The notes under the pieces are model-generated. The model worked only from the letters and a program-made list of their open reading frames with translations. It made no database searches and had not been told where the DNA came from. DNA of 64,000 nt from IMG/VR virus record IMGVR_UViG_3300044951_001239, positions 1-64,000 of that record. One strand, written 5' to 3'. The stretch is from a virus. Shown here in pieces: positions 1 through 9,525 of the stretch. The position numbers and the translations under genes were made by a program. The stretch's first letter is position 1, and every line of letters begins with the position of its first letter.

Positions 1-590
1 TGTAACACTGATGTTATTTGCGTTAGCAATATTACCCTGAACTACAACATCATTTGCAAAGTTAGCAAAATTAGCAGTTACCAAGTTACCTAAGTTAGCA
101 TTGAGCGAAGTTATATTGCCGCTAAAATTAGCTGTATTGCCTTCTAAATTATTGGTTATACTGATGTTATTTGCGTTAGCAATGTTACCTTGAACAACAA
201 CATCATTTGCAAAGTTAGCAAAATTAGCGATTACCAAGTTACCTAAGTTAGCATTGAGCGAAGCAATATTACCACTAAAGTTAGCTGTATTTCCTTCTAA
301 ATTATTAGTGATACTTACATTGTTTGCGTTAGCAATATTACCCTGAACTACAACATCATTTGCAAAGTTAGCAAAATTAGCAGTTACCAAGTTACCTAAG
401 TTAGCATTGAGCGAAGTTATATTGCCGCTAAAATTAGCTGTATTGCCTTCTAAATTATTAGTGATACTGATGTTATTTGCATTTGCAATATTACCCTGAA
501 CTACTACATCATTAGCAAAATTTGCAAAATTAGCAGTTGCTAGATTGCCTAAATTGGCATTAAGTGAAGTAATATTACCGTTAACAGTTA
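1..590 (-). repeat. 153-bp (51-aa) tandem coding repeat, about 3.8 copies visible
   Basis: Equivalent positions at 8, 161, 314 and 467. The unit encodes ~GNITSLNANLGNLVTANFANFANDVVVQGNIANANNISITNNLEGNTANFS. Confidence 0.95.
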
Positions 591-933
591 GATATCCAGT
601 GACATTTACACCAGTGCCCGTAATAACAACAATGTTTGCATTACCTGTACTACTGAAGGTAATATTAGCATTAGCAAGAACTCGTATGTTACTATTACCA
701 TTACTAATACTTGATGTGTTGATAGTTGTAAAACTAAGATTACCTAAGCCATCTGTTTGAATTACTTGTCCGTTTGAACCACCAGAAATATAAATATTTC
801 CAATACTATTTAAATTTGATTTACCGGTGGTTGAGAAGTTATTAACTAAAATAGAACCGTTTGGATATATAATAGTTACCGGTGTTGATCCTACTGAGAA
901 GCCTCCTACTGAATTTAAGGGTTTTACCGCCAT
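1..933 (-). CDS. Asn-rich repetitive virion fibre/structural protein, N-terminal part only (continues past the left window edge)
   Basis: Manual translation from ATG at 933: MAVKPLNSVGGFSVGSTPVTIIYPNG...NIYISGGSNGQVIQTDGLGNLSF, then 51-aa repeats, with no stop before position 1. AGGA RBS and a TAAATA motif lie upstream. It is absent from the ORF track because it lacks a stop in the window. Confidence 0.8.
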   Translation of the reverse strand, partial: MAVKPLNSVGGFSVGSTPVTIIYPNGSILVNNFSTTGKSNLNSIGNIYISGGSNGQVIQTDGLGNLSFTTINTSSISNGNSNIRVLANANITFSSTGNANIVVITGTGVNVTGYLTVNGNITSLNANLGNLATANFANFANDVVVQGNIANANNISITNNLEGNTANFSGNITSLNANLGNLVTANFANFANDVVVQGNIANANNVSITNNLEGNTANFSGNIASLNANLGNLVIANFANFANDVVVQGNIANANNISITNNLEGNTANFSGNITSLNANLGNLVTANFANFANDVVVQGNIANANNISVT

Positions 934-968
934 TACATTTTCCTATTTAATGTATTTATCAACATGTG

Positions 969-2438
969 TTATCCGGCGAATACAGTAATCAACATTTTAT
1001 AGGTTATTGGATTACTCTCATAAGGTGATACATTAAGTTCCAATGAAGGAGGAACAATTATATTTCCACCATCATAAGCTACTTCAAAATCACCAACTCC
1101 GCCATTTACAAACAAACTTGCATATTCAGTAAATTCCACCGTGCTATCATAGTATAATGAGCTAATCCTAGAACTCTGTCTACTAGGACCTGCTGGTTCT
1201 GTTGCAATAATTTCAAATTCTATCCCTGAAACATTAGCAACTGGAAGAGAATATAAAATTTGTTGTGGTGTTGCATTCGTAGTATTAGCAAAGAAAACAA
1301 AGCTAGTAGACCACTTGTATGCTCCTGCGCCCACTTGTACTGAGTTAGCAATTAAGTTACCACCAACTTGAAATACTTTGGTAAAGTCATTATATGTTAA
1401 GTATGAATTACCTCCAAAAGTTCCGTCATTGTTATATTGAACTTGGGTATTAGCCCCACCTGGAAGGCCGTTGCCGGTGCCTGGGCCTTCGCTCCAACTT
1501 AAATTACCTGAACCGTCTGTTTGTAGTAGATACCCATTAATACCACCGCTGATGTGCAAGTTAGACACATTACCTAAATTAACATTGGTTGCACCTTGGA
1601 AGTTTGCAGTTGTGTTACTTTTAATAGAAGGAACTGTTAATAATCCGTTAGCACTATTAAAAGTAAATGATGCCACACCACCAAATGCACCCGCATTATT
1701 AAATTGCACCTGTTGATTTGTGCCAGCAGGCGTAGTAACCGACTCTAATATCCAATTTAAATTACCTGAACCATCAGTAGAAAGAACATACCCATTGGCT
1801 CCACCTGTAATATGAATATTTCCTACATTGCCTAACGAAACATTAGGACTAGATATACTGTTAACATTACCTGTTACATTTAATACTGCGCTAGTATTAA
1901 CAGTTAAATTGCTATTGACAATAACTGTATTAGAAAATGTTGCGTTACTTGCAGCAATCGTAGTTACAGTCAAAATACTAGTAATATAATCAAACGTAAG
2001 CCCAGCTGATCCACCCATTACACCTGCGTTGTTGAACTGAATCTGGGTATTACTACCACCTGGGGTTCCATTGCCACTATCAGTCCAACTTAAATTACCT
2101 GAACCATCGGTTTGTAGTACAAATCCGTTAATACCGCCACTAATGCTAACATTAGAAACATTACCTAATGCAAGTCTATTCCCATTCCAAGTGACATTTG
2201 GAATGCCACCAAATACACCCGAATTGTTAAATTGTAATTGTGTATTAGAACCGGCAGCACTTGGTACAAACGGTTGACCATTTGCAAAGCGATAGTTGTT
2301 TGAATATATAGTGCCCGCAGCAACATTACCTGTTATATTCAAGAAATTAGATACAACGTTTCCGTTGCTATCAACTACCGATATTGCAGGTATGCCAACT
2401 GTGTAGCCACCAAGACTATTAAATGGTTCTGACGACAT
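969..2438 (-). CDS. Virion structural/fibre protein with three internal repeats
   Basis: Repeated GSNTQ(L/I/V)QFNN.G.FGG and LGNVSN..I.GG.NG.VLQTDGSGNLSW motifs. Its N-terminus (PFNSLGGYTVG) is paralogous to that of the neighbouring gene. Confidence 0.7.
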   Translation of the reverse strand: MSSEPFNSLGGYTVGIPAISVVDSNGNVVSNFLNITGNVAAGTIYSNNYRFANGQPFVPSAAGSNTQLQFNNSGVFGGIPNVTWNGNRLALGNVSNVSISGGINGFVLQTDGSGNLSWTDSGNGTPGGSNTQIQFNNAGVMGGSAGLTFDYITSILTVTTIAASNATFSNTVIVNSNLTVNTSAVLNVTGNVNSISSPNVSLGNVGNIHITGGANGYVLSTDGSGNLNWILESVTTPAGTNQQVQFNNAGAFGGVASFTFNSANGLLTVPSIKSNTTANFQGATNVNLGNVSNLHISGGINGYLLQTDGSGNLSWSEGPGTGNGLPGGANTQVQYNNDGTFGGNSYLTYNDFTKVFQVGGNLIANSVQVGAGAYKWSTSFVFFANTTNATPQQILYSLPVANVSGIEFEIIATEPAGPSRQSSRISSLYYDSTVEFTEYASLFVNGGVGDFEVAYDGGNIIVPPSLELNVSPYESNPITYKMLITVFAG

Positions 2439-2523
2439 GTTTGTTCCAAAATGTTATATAGTATTTATGCTATCATAATTTTTATGACCCCAATTTTTAA
2501 GAATCTAATAAATCTTTTTTCTA

Positions 2524-2529
2524 TAAATA
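2524..2529 (+). promoter_or_regulatory. T4-type late promoter (TATAAATA)
   Basis: TAAATA core. Further copies at 953(-), 2462(-), 2913, 4026, 5029, 6828, 11943(-), 16235(-), 18046(-), 21256(-), 28410, 37170, 37659, 60520, 61306 and 63576, each upstream of a gene start. The cognate gp55 is in the window. Confidence 0.8.
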
Positions 2530-2533
2530 CACT

Positions 2534-2899
2534 ATGCTTACACACCAACCAACCAGACCTTTCTGTGAAAAATGTAAAATATCATTATCTAAACCCAATG
2601 GTATCAGTAAACATGGATTTAAGCAATGGCACAAGTATTGTGTTCAATGCAGTAAAGCAATGTACAATACTAAATTTGGATACTTGTTACACAAAAAACC
2701 CAAATGCGAAAAGTGTAATTTTCTACCAGAAGATAGCTGTCAACTTGATTTGATATACAAAGACGGTGACAACAAGAATAAAACTAGCAAGAATATGCTA
2801 ACGCTATGTGCCAATTGCAATAGAGTATATCAAAAGAAGCTAAAAGAAAATCGTAAGAGTATACTAGATATAACGGTTGATGCTGATGTTACTATATAA
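2534..2899 (+). CDS. Zn-binding HNH-like protein, probably catalytically degenerate
   Basis: Four CxxC pairs. CQLDLIYKDGDNKNKTSKNMLTLCANC matches the HNH pattern LxxDHIDGxxxNNxxxNLxxLCxNCH but lacks the histidines. Confidence 0.6.
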   Translation: MLTHQPTRPFCEKCKISLSKPNGISKHGFKQWHKYCVQCSKAMYNTKFGYLLHKKPKCEKCNFLPEDSCQLDLIYKDGDNKNKTSKNMLTLCANCNRVYQKKLKENRKSILDITVDADVTI

Positions 2900-2937
2900 G
2901 TTAAAACTATCATAAATACATCTATTACAGAAAACTT

Positions 2938-3900
2938 ATGCAAATTACTAATCTCACTCTTACTTCCGGATTGACTTTTGCTATTCCACCTCCACCCATC
3001 TCAGTTGATTATCTGGTTGTTGCTGGTGGAGGTGGCGGTGGTGCAAGGCGAAACATTAACTACGGTTATCAGTCGGCTGCCGGTGGCGGTGGTGCAGGCG
3101 GGTTATTATCAGGGTCTGCAACATTAACTGCAGGAACATATACTATAACCGTCGGACCTGGCGGGGCCGGTGGCTCTCTGTCTGTAGGTGGAGGTGACGG
3201 CAGCACTGGAGAAAATACTATAATTTCGGGTACTGGATTAGCTACAGTAACCGGGTATGGCGGAGGCTACGGAGGAGGTATATCTGGTGGTTCAGGTGGA
3301 AACGGTGGAAACGGTGGTTCAGGCGGTGGAGTTGGAGATGCCTCACAGTATAACGGTGGCAGAACGCCTGGTAAAGGTGTTTATCCGGGCTCTAGTTATA
3401 TAAGTGCCACAAGACAAGGATACGATGGCGGCCCTGAAAGAAGCACTTCAATTGGTGGAGGCGCCGGCGGTGGAGGCGCCGGCGGTGCGGGAAATGCACA
3501 GCTTCCAGACTACGCTGCGAGCGGCGGTGCAGGCGGTGTAGGATTAGAATGGCTAGTATCATCGGGTACATATTATGCCGGTGGTGGTGGTGGAGGACGA
3601 AGAACTGGCACAGCTGGAGCAGGAGGTATCGGTGGTGGCGGTGCCGGTGGTAGTAATGCAACTCCTACTGGAGTAGCAGGAACGGTAAATACTGGCGGGG
3701 GCGGTGGCGCCGCATCTTCTATGACAAACGGAGTAGAAAGTGGAGCAAATGGTGGCGCCGGTGGATCGGGAGTTGTGATATTCCGATACGCAGCCTCAAG
3801 CCGGGCTTTTATAAGTACAACAGGTAGTCCAACCATAACAGTAGCAGATGGATATAGAACATATACATTCACTGGCAATGGCACAATAACGGTTGACTAG
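2938..3900 (+). CDS. Glycine-rich (polyglycine) virion/adhesin-like protein, 1 module
   Basis: Module pattern VDYLVVAGGGGGG...YYAGGGGG...TVNTGGGGG...GGSGVVIFRY...TTGSPTITVADGYRTYTFTGNGTI; has its own late promoter. Confidence 0.75.
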   Translation: MQITNLTLTSGLTFAIPPPPISVDYLVVAGGGGGGARRNINYGYQSAAGGGGAGGLLSGSATLTAGTYTITVGPGGAGGSLSVGGGDGSTGENTIISGTGLATVTGYGGGYGGGISGGSGGNGGNGGSGGGVGDASQYNGGRTPGKGVYPGSSYISATRQGYDGGPERSTSIGGGAGGGGAGGAGNAQLPDYAASGGAGGVGLEWLVSSGTYYAGGGGGGRRTGTAGAGGIGGGGAGGSNATPTGVAGTVNTGGGGGAASSMTNGVESGANGGAGGSGVVIFRYAASSRAFISTTGSPTITVADGYRTYTFTGNGTITVD

Positions 3901-4023
3901 TTAGAGAGATAGTAGTATTTGTAATTTCACCGCCTGATTTGCCAATTACAACAGAGTACAACAGAATTGAAAGAAAAATAAGAGTACAGTTGATGCTGAT
4001 GTTATTATCTAATTTAACGCTAG

Positions 4024-4031
4024 TATAAATA
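4024..4031 (+). promoter_or_regulatory. T4-type late promoter TATAAATA of the second glycine-rich gene
   Basis: Perfect T4 consensus followed by CATCTA, as at 2913, 5029 and 6828. Confidence 0.8.
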
Positions 4032-4050
4032 CATCTACTAAGGAAAATAT

Positions 4051-4905
4051 ATGCTACTTGCTAATCTCACTCTTACTGCCGGAATGACTTTGGATAATCC
4101 AATACTTGTACTAGTTGATTATCTTATTGTTGGCGGTGGCGGCGGCGGTGGACAGGGTGGCGGCGGTGGCGGCGGCATATTATCTGGCAGCTTAACTGCC
4201 TTTGGTGGAGTAGCTGCATCTGCATATTCCATCACAGTTGGTCCAGGCGGTACGATAAATCCGCCCGGCGGGTATGGTGGTATTATTGGTACTGCATCGA
4301 CGGCATTCTCTCTAACCGCACAGCCTGGTGGCGGTGGCGGTGGTATAACCCCACCCGGTGCTCCTAGTGCTTCGGGAACCAATGGCGCTGGTGGTGATTA
4401 CGGTGGTGCAGGCGGTAGTGGGGTAGCTGGTCAAGGAAATGCTGGTGGTAACGGTCAAGAGTATACAGGTGGTTCTGCACCTCAACCAGGAGGTACTGGT
4501 GGCGGACTAGCCGGCGGTGGTGGTGGTGGTGGTGGTGGTGGTGGAGCAGCCGCTGCTGTCGGCGGGGCTGGCGGCAGCTATTCAATTTCCGGAGCATCGG
4601 TAATTTATGCAGGTGGAGGTGGTGGTGCCCAGTATGCCCAGGGTGGAGGTGCAGGCGGCGCTGGCGGCGGCGGCGCAGGTGCTGCTTATTTAGGAAATGG
4701 TGTTGCTGGAACGGTAAATACTGGCGGGGGCGGGGGCGGTGCTACTGGTAGTAACTCAGGTGGTGCTGGCGGTTCTGGTATAGTCATTGTTCGCACTGCG
4801 GACACTGAACCAGCAGCCACTACAACAGGATCACCTACAATAACAGTTGCAGGTGGCTATAGAGTATATAAATTCACTGGTGATGGTACAATAAAATTCA
4901 ATTAG
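4051..4905 (+). CDS. Glycine-rich virion/adhesin-like protein, 1 module
   Basis: Same module architecture; TATAAATA at 4024-4031 and AAGGA RBS. Confidence 0.75.
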   Translation: MLLANLTLTAGMTLDNPILVLVDYLIVGGGGGGGQGGGGGGGILSGSLTAFGGVAASAYSITVGPGGTINPPGGYGGIIGTASTAFSLTAQPGGGGGGITPPGAPSASGTNGAGGDYGGAGGSGVAGQGNAGGNGQEYTGGSAPQPGGTGGGLAGGGGGGGGGGGAAAAVGGAGGSYSISGASVIYAGGGGGAQYAQGGGAGGAGGGGAGAAYLGNGVAGTVNTGGGGGGATGSNSGGAGGSGIVIVRTADTEPAATTTGSPTITVAGGYRVYKFTGDGTIKFN

Positions 4906-5053
4906 AGATATAACTTGGCATTTGTAATTTCACCAACTAATGTGTCAATTGCAATAGAGTAAAGTAACAGAAATTAAAAGAAAATTGAGAGTATGTTAAT
5001 ATATAATTCAAAGTTTAGTGTGCTATCATAAATACATCTATTAAAGAAAACTA

Positions 5054-6703
5054 ATGCAACTTACTGGAGGAATCAATTTTGCTGGCGGATTTACTGTTGA
5101 GTCACCGCTATCTGTACTAGTTGAGTATCTAGTTGTTGCTGGCGGCGGTGGCGGTGGAAGGAGTACAGGTGCTCCTGGAGCGGGAGGTGGTGCGGGCGGA
5201 ATGGTTACCGAGATTTCTATTCTTGCTTTTGGAATCCCCCACACTGTTACAGTAGGTGCCGGTGGCGGCGCAGCGCCATCTAGCCAGGCATATGGCCTCA
5301 ATGGTGTAAATTCTGTTTTTAATGGCATAACATGTATTGGTGGCGGTGGCGGTGGCTACTATACCGGTGCTCTCTTGAATGGAAAAGCAGGAGGATCTGG
5401 TGGCGGTGCTAACGGCAACGGCGGTGGCGTTGGTGGCGTGGGAACAGCGGGTCAAGGTAATGCTGGTGGAGTCAGTTCCGGTCAATATGCCGGCGGAGGT
5501 GGTGGAAAAGGTGCAGTGGGTGGATCTGCTAACCCGTGTGATGGCGGTATAGGAGGAGAATGGCCAGCATCATCAGGTACATATTATGCTGGTGGCGGCG
5601 GCGGCGGCGCAAACGCTGATGGTTTAGCATCAAGTTCTGGCGGTCTTGGCGGCGGTGGCGCTGGTGGTAAGGGCGCCAGTCCAGGTGTGGCGGCAGTAAG
5701 TGGTACTGCTAACACCGGTGGAGGTGGCGGCGGTTCTTATTTACAGGCAGCTGGCGCTGGCGGCTCTGGAGTTGTTATTATTCGCTATGCAGACACTAAC
5801 CTAGCAGCAACTACAACAGGTAGTCCCACAATAACAGTTGCAGGTGGCTATAGAACCTATACATTTACCGGCGATGGTTCAATAACTTTTAATGCTCCAA
5901 CCGTCCCAGTTGATTATCTTCTTGTTGGTGGGGGTGGTGGCGGTGGACTAGGCGCGGGTGGTGGCGGCGGCATATTATCCGGTATCTTCACTGCGTTAGG
6001 CGGACTTTATGGATCTGCATATTCCATTACAGTTGGGCCTGGTGGTCCGATAAATCCGCCCGGCGGTTATGGTGGTATTATTGGTACTGCATCGACGGCA
6101 TTCTCTCTAACAGCACAGCCCGGTGGTGGTGGTGGTGGGACAACACCTCCCGGTGCTCCTAGTGCTTCGGGAACCAATGGCGCTGGCGGTAACAACAGCG
6201 AAGCAGGCGGACTTGGAATACCTGGTCAAGGAAATGCCGGAGGTAACGGTGAAAATTATACGGGTGGCTCTGCTCCTGGTCCCGGCGGGACTGGTGGTGG
6301 ACTAGCCGGCGGCGGTGCCGGTCGGGGTACTGGCGGCGTTGCTGGATGGCCCGCTGCTGCTGGAGGTGCCGGTGGCAGCTATTCAATTTCCGGAGCATCG
6401 GTAATTTATGCAGGTGGAGGTGGCGGTTGCCAGTACAATCAGGGTGGAGGTGCAGGCGGTGCCGGTGGAGGTGGTGCTGGCGGTGGATATCAAGGACCTG
6501 GTGTAGCCGGAACAGTAAATACCGGTGGTGGCGGAGGTGGCTCCTATAATAACACAGGTGGTGCTGGCGGTTCTGGTATCGTCATTGTTCGCTATGCAGA
6601 TACTTACGCAGCAGCCACTACAACAGGATCACCTACAATAACAGTTGCAGGTGGATATAGAGTCTATAAATTCACCGGCAATGGTACAATAAAATTTAAT
6701 TAG
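5054..6703 (+). CDS. Glycine-rich virion/adhesin-like protein, 2 modules
   Basis: Two tandem modules; module 2 is a close paralogue of the 4051-4905 product. Confidence 0.75.
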   Translation: MQLTGGINFAGGFTVESPLSVLVEYLVVAGGGGGGRSTGAPGAGGGAGGMVTEISILAFGIPHTVTVGAGGGAAPSSQAYGLNGVNSVFNGITCIGGGGGGYYTGALLNGKAGGSGGGANGNGGGVGGVGTAGQGNAGGVSSGQYAGGGGGKGAVGGSANPCDGGIGGEWPASSGTYYAGGGGGGANADGLASSSGGLGGGGAGGKGASPGVAAVSGTANTGGGGGGSYLQAAGAGGSGVVIIRYADTNLAATTTGSPTITVAGGYRTYTFTGDGSITFNAPTVPVDYLLVGGGGGGGLGAGGGGGILSGIFTALGGLYGSAYSITVGPGGPINPPGGYGGIIGTASTAFSLTAQPGGGGGGTTPPGAPSASGTNGAGGNNSEAGGLGIPGQGNAGGNGENYTGGSAPGPGGTGGGLAGGGAGRGTGGVAGWPAAAGGAGGSYSISGASVIYAGGGGGCQYNQGGGAGGAGGGGAGGGYQGPGVAGTVNTGGGGGGSYNNTGGAGGSGIVIVRYADTYAAATTTGSPTITVAGGYRVYKFTGNGTIKFN

Positions 6704-6853
6704 AGATATATAACTTGGCATTTTAAATTTCACTGTCTACAGTGCATATTGGCAATGGTATACATCAAAAAATTAAAAGAAAAGTAAGATGATGTTACTA
6801 TATAATTCAACGTTTTATGTGCTATCATAAATACATCTATTAAGGGAACCCTA

Positions 6854-9508
6854 ATGCAATTTACCGGTGGATTCAACTTTACAAGCGGATGGTCTTTAAC
6901 TGGGGGCGGCGGTCCTCCACCTCCATTCTTAGTTGATTATCTTGTTGTTGCCGGTGGTGGAGGTGGAGGTGCGCTTACAGCAGGTGGCGGCGGCGCAGGC
7001 GGTTATAGAACCGATACCGGATTTGAAGTTGCGCTTGATACACCTATTACAGTAACCGTAGGTACAGGTGGCGCCGGATCAATACTCTCAGGCATGACTG
7101 CAAACGGCAAAGGTGTATCTGGCTTAGATTCTGTATTTTCTACTATCACAAGTGCCGGTGGCGGCGGTGGTGGTGCCTACCCTTCTTTTTCAAATGGCGC
7201 TAACGGAGGATCAGGTGGCGGCGGTGGTGTAAGTGAACCAGGCAATGGCGCCGGTGGCACTGGCAATACCCCTAGTACATCACCTAGTCAAGGCAATAAC
7301 GGAGGTAACGGTAACTATGGTGGAGGTGGTTACTACTATGGTGCCGGGGGCGGCGGAGCTAGTGCAGCAGGAGCCGGAGTTAGCGGTAGTGGTGGACCAA
7401 ATGCAGGTGGTGCAGGCACTCAAAGTAGTTTAAGTGGTGCTGCTGTTTATTATGCAGGTGGCGGCGGTGGTGGACTTCATTTCCTCGACCCCAGTCCCAG
7501 TGTTCGGGCAGCAGGTGGTGTAGGTGGTGGTGGTGGTGGTGGTACAGGTGCAACAGGTACTACTACTGGTGTAAACGGAACAGTAAATACTGGCGGTGGT
7601 GGTGGAGGTGGTGGCTGGGACGCGAGTACTGGAAACGGCGGAGCAGGTGGCTCCGGTATCGTAATTATTCGCTATCCAGACACTGAATACGCTTCAGCTA
7701 CTACAGGCTCACCCACAGTAACAGTTGCAGGTGGCTATAGAATCTATAAATTCACCAACTCTGGTACAATAACATTTTCTAAGTCGCCGGCTCCTCCACC
7801 GACAACCGTCTCAGTTGATTATCTGGTTGTTGCTGGCGGTGGCGGTGGCGGTGCTATTACATCCGGTGGCGGTGGAGCCGGTGGTTATAGAACTGCTACT
7901 GGGTTTGAAGTTACGCTTGATACACCTATTACAGTTACTGTAGGTACAGGTGGAGCAGGTGCAACAATCTCATCAGGTACGACTACAAGCGGCAAAGGTG
8001 TATCTGGATTAAATTCTGTATTTTCTACTATCACAAGTGCAGGCGGGGGCGGTGGTGGATCATATGGGTCTGGTGCTGGGTTTGCAAATGGTGCAGCTGG
8101 AGGTTCTGGTGGTGGTGGAAGTATAGGCGAACCGTCTCTTAATGGCGCCGGTGGCACTGGCAATACCCCTGTTACATCACCTAGTCAAGGCAATAACGGA
8201 GGTAACGCTAATTATGGTGGAGGTGGTTACTACTATGGTGCCGGGGGCGGCGGAGCTAGTGCAGCAGGAGCCGGAGTTAGCGGTAGTGGTGGACCAAATG
8301 CAGGTGGTGCAGGCACTCAAAGTAGTTTAAGTGGTTCTGCTGTTTATTATGGTGGTGGTGGCGGGGGCGGTATTCATTATGTTGATCCTAGTAACAGTGT
8401 TAGGGCGGCAGGTGGTGTAGGTGGTGGTGGAGGTGGTGGCACTGGTGTAGCTGGTACTACCGCAGGGGTAGCCGGAACTGTTAATACTGGCGGTGGTGGT
8501 GGAGGTGGTGGCTGGGACGGGACTTCTGGAAACGGCGGAACAGGTGGGTCCGGTGTAGTAATTATTCGCTATGCAGACACTGAATACGCAGCAACTACAA
8601 CAGGATCACCTACAATAACAGTTGCAGGTGGATATAGAATCTACACCTTCACCGGCAGCGGCACAATAACTTTTAATTCGGCACCACCCCCAACCATCCC
8701 TGTTGATTATCTGGTTGTTGCCGGTGGTGGTGGTGGTGGCAGCTTTGCTGGTGGTGGCGCTGGTGGTTGTCTAACTGCTACCGGGTTTGCAGTTGCCCTT
8801 GCTACACCTATTACAGTTACTGTAGGTACAGGTGGTGCAGCATCAACCGCTAGTACTAATGGAGGAAACGGAAATCCATCTGTTTTTTCAAGTATTACTA
8901 CATTAGGTGGCGGTGGAGGTGGTTCATTTAGTAATTCGGCACCAAACGGATTAGCTGCAAGTTCAGGAACAACCGGATCCGGGGGTGGGGGTGGAACAAC
9001 GGCTACGAGTCCATATCCAGTTGGTACTGTGGGTTTTGGCACAAGTCCACAAGGGTATAATGGAGGTTTGGGAGTAGCCGGTGCCTATTGCGGCGGTGGA
9101 GGAGGTGGGGCCGGAGGTACTGGATTTGCCGGTACAACAAGTTCTCCTTATATTGGTGGGAACGGAGGTATTGGAATAACATCTTCCATGTCGGGTGCAG
9201 CAACAAATTATGCCGGTGGCGGTGGTGGTGCGGGACTCAATACCGCCGGTACTAATTCATATGGTGGCGGTACTGGCGGGACCCAGGCGAGCCAGCCAGC
9301 CCTATCTGGTGGAACAGTTAATACTGGTGGCGGCGGTGGTGGTTCATATTCTAGTTCAGGTGGTCTTGCAGGCGGTTCTGGTATAGTAATTGTTCGCTAT
9401 GCAGATACTTACGCAGCGGCAACTACAACAGGCTCACCCACAATAACAGTTACAGGTGGCTATAGAATCTATAAATTCACAGCCTCAGGTACAATAACTT
9501 TTAATTAG
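6854..9508 (+). CDS. Glycine-rich virion/adhesin-like protein, 3 modules
   Basis: Three tandem modules joined by Pro-rich linkers; modules 1 and 2 share long near-identical DNA blocks. Confidence 0.75.
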   Translation: MQFTGGFNFTSGWSLTGGGGPPPPFLVDYLVVAGGGGGGALTAGGGGAGGYRTDTGFEVALDTPITVTVGTGGAGSILSGMTANGKGVSGLDSVFSTITSAGGGGGGAYPSFSNGANGGSGGGGGVSEPGNGAGGTGNTPSTSPSQGNNGGNGNYGGGGYYYGAGGGGASAAGAGVSGSGGPNAGGAGTQSSLSGAAVYYAGGGGGGLHFLDPSPSVRAAGGVGGGGGGGTGATGTTTGVNGTVNTGGGGGGGGWDASTGNGGAGGSGIVIIRYPDTEYASATTGSPTVTVAGGYRIYKFTNSGTITFSKSPAPPPTTVSVDYLVVAGGGGGGAITSGGGGAGGYRTATGFEVTLDTPITVTVGTGGAGATISSGTTTSGKGVSGLNSVFSTITSAGGGGGGSYGSGAGFANGAAGGSGGGGSIGEPSLNGAGGTGNTPVTSPSQGNNGGNANYGGGGYYYGAGGGGASAAGAGVSGSGGPNAGGAGTQSSLSGSAVYYGGGGGGGIHYVDPSNSVRAAGGVGGGGGGGTGVAGTTAGVAGTVNTGGGGGGGGWDGTSGNGGTGGSGVVIIRYADTEYAATTTGSPTITVAGGYRIYTFTGSGTITFNSAPPPTIPVDYLVVAGGGGGGSFAGGGAGGCLTATGFAVALATPITVTVGTGGAASTASTNGGNGNPSVFSSITTLGGGGGGSFSNSAPNGLAASSGTTGSGGGGGTTATSPYPVGTVGFGTSPQGYNGGLGVAGAYCGGGGGGAGGTGFAGTTSSPYIGGNGGIGITSSMSGAATNYAGGGGGAGLNTAGTNSYGGGTGGTQASQPALSGGTVNTGGGGGGSYSSSGGLAGGSGIVIVRYADTYAAATTTGSPTITVTGGYRIYKFTASGTITFN

Positions 9509-9525
9509 AAAGAGAGAAATATAAA

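Noticed and set aside
1-590. CRISPR-like repeat array
   Set aside because: The units are contiguous 153-bp in-frame coding repeats without unique spacers, and no cas genes are present.
2451-2753. 100-aa ORF overlapping the HNH-like gene
   Set aside because: It spans the divergent promoter region and overlaps the better-supported Cys-rich ORF in another frame.
2938-9508. Diversity-generating retroelement acting on the glycine-rich repeats
   Set aside because: There is no reverse transcriptase in the window, and differences between paralogous modules include indels and all base types rather than adenine-specific substitutions.
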